Below, in pieces: positions 57,601 to 64,000 of a stretch of 64,000 bases of DNA. A program made the position numbers and the translations under genes. Numbering within the stretch: position 1 is the first letter of the stretch; every line of letters starts with the position of its first letter. The DNA lies in NCBI RefSeq assembly GCF_009914755.1, contig NC_060926.1. One strand, written 5' to 3'. The notes below the pieces were generated by a model. That model made no database searches, was not told the origin of the DNA, and was given only the letters and a program-made list of their open reading frames with translations. The DNA comes from the human T2T-CHM13v2.0 reference genome, Homo sapiens.

Positions 57601-58702
57601 TAGAACACCAGGAAAACATTTTAAATTTGAATTCATTTGGAAATGTATTTGTGTTAAATGTTTTTTGAGTACCTATTCAAAGAATGACTAATTAGGTCCC
57701 ATTTATTAAACAATAAATGACTCTCGTGTTGCTATCATGGAAGCTACAGTGTAATCAGGTTGACCAGGAACATACATAGGAAAAGTTGAAAAATAAGGCT
57801 AAATGACAGCAAGAGTAATGAAGATTACCCTCCACTAAGAATATTAATGCCAGAAGATAAGAGGCCACACAATGGGTTGGAGTGGTGAGAAAATCTATCA
57901 GAGTTTGAGCTGTAGAAGTTTAGGATGTAAGAGAAATTTTAAGATGAAACTTTTAGAAAAGCACATTAAATGGGCTAGGGAAACTGAGAATAGAAGGAAG
58001 GGGAAAAATTAATAAAGATTTAGCTAAGAAGACAAGGTCAAAGAAAGATGGGGGAGAAAAGAAATTAGGAGGTTGAGTTAGACATTAGCCTTGGGAAAAA
58101 AGATGGGCATGTATTCACAGAGAAATATAGAAAGGAAAAGACAAGTTAAAGTTTGAAATGTTTGGAACTTAAACATTTTTTAAAAGACTCTATTTGACAT
58201 ATTGTTTGCATCATATGAAGTTAAAGGTATTAGACTATTTTTTAATTTATACACCAGCACATTCATATGGTTTACAATACTCAATCAGCACTTCCTACTT
58301 CTAGCTTTCATATCTTGCTTTCCTTTTCTCTAATATGTGAGGTTTTTATCATAGCCTCACATATTATATAGTTTTTTATTTCCTTTCCCAGCTAGAAAAT
58401 TATTTTAGGAAGACAGGAATTTTTCTGATGTTATTGTTATTGAAAAACCATTGCAACTAGAACTAGTACTTAATATTGTTAAGTGAATAAATAAGTTTGT
58501 TTATACTTTTTGTTTTTGCTCTTCATTATTTTTCCTTGCTTTCTAATTAAAGATGATTTTTGGAATTATCAAAAAGTAAGACATGCATTCAATACAGAGT
58601 CAAGGATGATCAAAAGCAGTGTTGCTTCCAAACAGGGCCCAACTGAAACCAGGTAGCATGAATGTGCAGTGGGCAAGGTTGCTGTATTTCTAGGATGAAT
58701 GC

Positions 58703-59098
58703 TATGTTAGTCCATTTGCATTTCTTTTTGTAAAGGAATAGCTGAGGTTTATTTGGCTCACAGTTCTGCAGGCTATACTAGCATGGCACCAGCATCTGCT
58801 TGGCTTCCTGGTGAGGCCTAGGAAGGTTTTACTCATCACAGAAGGCAAAGGGGGAGCAAGTGTGTCACATGACAAGAGAGAGCAAGCAAGGAGTTGGACA
58901 GGGGAGCACCACATGCTTTTAAAGAACCAGATGTCTTGGGAACTCATCCCACTCATTACTGCAGGGATGGCACCAAGCCATTCATGAGGGATCTGCTACC
59001 ATGCCACAGATGCTTTCTTCCCATCAGGCCCCACCTTCAACACTGGGGATCACATTTTAACATGAGATTTGGAGGGAACAAACATCCAAGCTATATCA
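58703..59098 (-). mobile_element. MSTA/MSTB-like LTR
   Basis: ttagtccatttgc...ggctcacagttctgcaggct...gagatttggagggaacaaacatccaagctatatca; TSD aatgc/tatgc. Confidence 0.88.
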
Positions 59099-61060
59099 TA
59101 TGCTCTTTTAAAAATACTATATTATAAAGTGCTCCTTATAAAGTTCCAGTGGTGGACAAAAAATTGAACTGGACATAATTACTAGAGAAAGGAATTGTTT
59201 CGTGTAAGAAACAGGCAGGGCCCAGGTGAGGTTTTCCAGCATAGCCATGAGGCTAATGAAGATAGTAGCCATCAGTTGACAGCTGATCCTAGTAAGGAAA
59301 AAAACTTCAGTGGGTCTGGGGAAGTGTGAAATTATGTTTGTAAAGGGGAAGTATGAAGTTTAAGATAGAGGGGATGGTGATCAAATGGAGTTTGTGGGTT
59401 CAATCTTCTTCATATCCAGAGAAATAGTATGCATCTCCTTTACTCTGAAAGAACACTGCCTGGCCCTATCAAAGTAGGCAACATTCTTGTCCAGTCACCA
59501 AATACCCTCTTCTTCCTACCCTGGTTTATGTGCAATTCTTTTTAAATTCTAGTAACCCCTTTCTTACTCCATTAAGTGTCCATATATATTATCTCTTTCT
59601 CTTTCTCTCTCTCTTTCATGCAATACTTCCTGGCATCCATGTTATCACCAATTAAAAGGGTAAAAGGAAAGTTTGCTTTTTTATATTATAAGGATTTCAA
59701 TCTGACAAAAGGTTTAACTCATTACTCCATAGTTTTCCTTGTGGAAACATATTGAAGAAGACTCAGTCAAAATATTTGTTGGCATAATGTTCATTTTAGG
59801 AAATCAGAGCATATCTACTTCCTTTAAATGTCCTGAATCTCCCATCTTATTTGTTGGTATGTCATACAAACAGTTTCTGTGATTTACTGTGAACTTAGTG
59901 AATTGAATACCTTTTAATATGATTTTTGTCTATTATTAAACATGTGTAATTAACTTTAAAGAATTTTAATGTTTTATGAGTTGGGAGTTCATTTGACAAA
60001 AAAATGACTGGCATGTGTGAAACATTGTGCTAAATAATCAGAAAAGTAACTTTTCATAGAGCATGGTTAATTTTACCTTAACTTAGTAGAGATAGTTATA
60101 TCATCTTGGCAGTGTTATTCACAATCTCAAACATCTTCCGAGAGAAAGCAGCAGCATTAATTAAAAATTCCAGAGCAAAATTAATGTCAGACTTCAAATA
60201 AAAATAATTAATTTTCAAAATTTACCCTCTGCTGGTATTTCGAAGTACAAAATTTATTTACCTTATATTATTAAAATAATGAGATCTAGCATTTATAAAA
60301 TATTATACATTTGCCTTCTTCATCCAAATGTTTTTACATATACTCCTTAATTTTGCCCTCACCATCACCTATTTTTGACAAACTATTTGACTAAGATTTT
60401 AAATATAAAAAGGGCAGTAAGCACTTAATATTTATATCATTTTTTAATTCATCAAAAATGTAAATTGTATCCTCACCAGGAGAGTGAGTCACTAATAGAC
60501 ATAAGAATATGTTGTATTTATAATAAATCTTACAGGGATTGCTTTGTATGCATTTAGACTGCAAATGGGAACTACAATCATGGGAACTGTGTGAATCATT
60601 ATGTTTCACAGTATGAGATGCCTTGCCTCAACCGTTAAGTGATGAGAGTTTTAGATTGGACTTATTAAATGTGTAATTATATACAGAGATAGCAACATGG
60701 ACTATTGAGGTTTGAGAAGATTTGTACATACTTTGAACCCTAGAGCACATGACTTCTAAGAAACAAATGGAGGCATAATTTTCAAAATAAATAGCCAATT
60801 TTAATTTTTTTTTTTCTGTGGGGGAAACAAAAATTAGTGAAAGTTTGCTAAACTGTTATAGGTTGTGAGTTTTTATGATACCATCTGCTGTTGTAGCATA
60901 ATTAGATATTTTAAAAATAACATTTAATTTTGTAACAAGTAACCCTTTACATATGTGACTTATAAAGTTACACGTGGTGTATTCTTTTAAGATTTTCATT
61001 AATACTAATGGCTTCCTGTCCCCTAAAATGCAAATGATAGGTATTAATAGATAGGTAGGT

Positions 61061-61063
<3 letters not shown>

Positions 61064-61095
<32 letters not shown>
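61064..61095. repeat. (GA)n microsatellite
   Basis: About 16 GA units. Confidence 0.95.
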
Positions 61096-61097
<2 letters not shown>

Positions 61098-61410
61098 AAG
61101 TCTAGCTTATAATTTCAGGGGGATCACAGATCTCTTGAGTCTTTAAGTATCCATTGATCTCGGATGCTCTGCCATGACAGTTGCTTCATATATTTGAATA
61201 TGTCAATAAACTGCTTATATCCTGGGTATAGAGAACTCACCTGAGGATAGTTATGTTATTTTGATATAAGACCCCTGCTTGAGCTACTCATTTAAAATTT
61301 TATAAAGGAAATAAATTGCTTAAATTGAAATCCTCACCAGCTCTTATATTTCTATATAGGGTTTAAACTATTTAGGATTATAAGAGGAATGATATTTAAA
61401 AGTTGACGTA

Positions 61411-61706
<296 letters not shown>

Positions 61707-64000
61707 AAAAGTTGACATAATTAGGTATACTGTATTTTACTAGGACAATTTTTACTGATGTTATAGTTGCCTAGTTTAAGTTAATAACCTAATTTTGCCC
61801 TTTCTTTTTTGTCTTAGGCCTTGAGCATCTTTCCAGATTTTTTCTGCTGAGCTCACCATTATTTTGGCTTTGAAACTCAGTGTGATAGAGGTGATCGTGA
61901 GGCATGCCATGTGTAGATGTCTTTCAGCTAATAAATGACCATCCTAAAATTGAGCTTGTCAATAGTGGCTTTTCAGATGAGAGCAGGGACAGAACCTCAC
62001 CTAGGTATACACTTGGCTTGATTTAAATTACAATTGCACAAAAACAGCAAAGAAGTTAGCAGTAGTTTTGCCCCTTGGTTCTCGAGACCATGTTCATCTG
62101 ATTACAAAAGACACAGCAAGTGCTGCTCAACCTCCTGCTCCCTTTCTAGGCTTCTAGCCCCTCATTTTGCCTCACAGGAGAGCTCTACTGGACAGACAAT
62201 TAGCATGGGATTGGAGGCCATTCTCCAGCTTTCTGCATCTGTCAAATGATGGAGAGGGTTTGCCTTTTTCAGATCTTTGTGAAAGGGATCACCCATTTCT
62301 TTTAAACATCTAATATATTTCACACAGAATGGCTATAAAAAGTAATCAGTTACATGTATAACACCATTGCTTTCTCAACAATCAGTGAAGACAGTTGAAT
62401 TTACAGCCAGAAGACAATCACATTATATTGGACCACATATTCATACTTCATTTATTTCTCCCTCAAGTATTGCAGCTGTAATAGCTCCTAGGAAGCTTTA
62501 AAAAATATGCAAGAACATTTTAAACTTCCAGGAACACTCAGACTTCAAACTACTTTTTCTTCTTGTATAACATCTTTAAATAATTAATTTTTTTGTTTCT
62601 TTTTTAGTGTTCTGGTTTGGGAAATATTAAGATAACTGGAAATGGGAAAAAAAAGGAGAAGGAATTTGTGATTTTTCAATTTCCATGAAATCAACAACCT
62701 TGCTTCCTAGAGTGGATTCTTACAGAGGTCAATAGTACACTTGTGTGTTGTTGAAAATTGTTAACACTCCTATCTAAAAGCCACAGGATAGTATTCCAAA
62801 GACTGTGAACAACAACTCCAGGGCTCCCAGGGATCCTCAGTTGCTGTTACCACCAGTGGATTTTTTTCAAAAGCATTTTTAAGAAATGGTCATAAGCAGG
62901 AATCAAATGGTTTGGAATGAATCTGTTTTGTTGGAAGAAGGGGTTTAATTAACTTTCGAGCTGCACAAATTAATCTGGACTTTAGTGAGGGCCTGAAAAT
63001 TGATTAAAATGTGAGCACCTTTTCAGAAAGTATTTGACCAGGAAATAAATTCATTTCTTCAAGGTCAGTGACCCTACAAGTTGACAAGTGATTCAGATTA
63101 ATACACACTTGGGTTTCAAGTTTCACCTATTGCTTGGCAGAAGCTTCTGCCCCATCCCCCACCCCCAGTGCTGCTTGTCATCCACCTGATCTAGTTGTCA
63201 CCTTTTCTTCTGGACTGTTTTTCTGACAGAAACCCTTTGCAGAGTTTTTGGCTGGGGGGTGGGGAGGTGGTTGGGGGGCATTGCAATCAGTGCAACGTTT
63301 CATTTTAGTTGTTTTATTGAAGATTTAATCAACATTATGATTTAAAAATAAGGCAGAAAATAACTTCACCTAGATTAAACTTACCTCTTAAAGATAATAA
63401 ATGTCCATCAAACAGAATGATTTGTAAAATAGTTTCATAAAATCCTACTTGATTTAATGACCTACCTAATTTTTGCAGTGTCTTTTATTTTTTCTTCTTG
63501 GGGGCTAAACACACATAACACGCACTCATGCACGTGCACACACACACAGGCATATACATAGACACTCCAAGCATTTGGAGACTCTCCTCTATATTATCTA
63601 GTAATACAAGCTCAGAGGTCAAGCCTTACTGTAAGAGAATATGGAAATAATTAGAGAAATTTTGTGTGAGAGTAAATGAAGAGACTATTTATTCTAAGAA
63701 GAGAGGAAATTGTAAAAATAAAAAGTCTCATCATTGATTTCAAAGGAGAACTTGAAACAGGATTCAATCTTGCTACCCTCATTTAAAAAATAAGAAATTG
63801 TGGTCTTAGAAGGTTCTGATCTACCACATTCTTTCATAGTTCACATGAAGTGGCAATGGGATGATTTAAGGTGTTTTTATTTCCCCTTGATTTAATGTCA
63901 AGTATAATTTAGTGGACAATTATATGTAACACCTTTGATAATTAATTTTCCACTCCAAATTAGGCTTTGGCAATCCTTCTCTTATCCTGGTGTCATTATT

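Overview
This is AT-rich primate (human-like) genomic DNA that looks intergenic or intronic, and I recognise no intact cellular protein-coding gene. Roughly half is interspersed repeat: Alu, L1, L2, MIR, MaLR/ERVL LTRs and MER DNA transposons. The main landmarks are a full-length minus-strand L1PA2-type LINE-1 (28419-34454; 16-bp TSD; three ORF-disabling lesions), an RPL23A processed pseudogene (about 1115-1640) and a full-length TUBA1B-derived processed pseudogene (about 51016-52583, minus strand); both pseudogenes sit inside older L1 ORF2 sequence. Two structures are not explained by repeat annotation. One is a near-perfect 36-bp-stem, pre-miRNA-like hairpin at 54592-54687, apparently made by a recent fold-back duplication in an ancient L1. 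The other is a rearrangement scar at 23.0-25.3 kb with a 128-bp direct duplication and a 102-bp inverted duplication. Three candidate + strand promoters (L1 antisense promoter, MLT2A2, MLT2A1) point toward the antisense tubulin pseudogene, the hairpin and candidate exons; any functional link among them is a hypothesis. Subfamily calls come from remembered consensus sequences, not a RepeatMasker run, and old-repeat boundaries are approximate.
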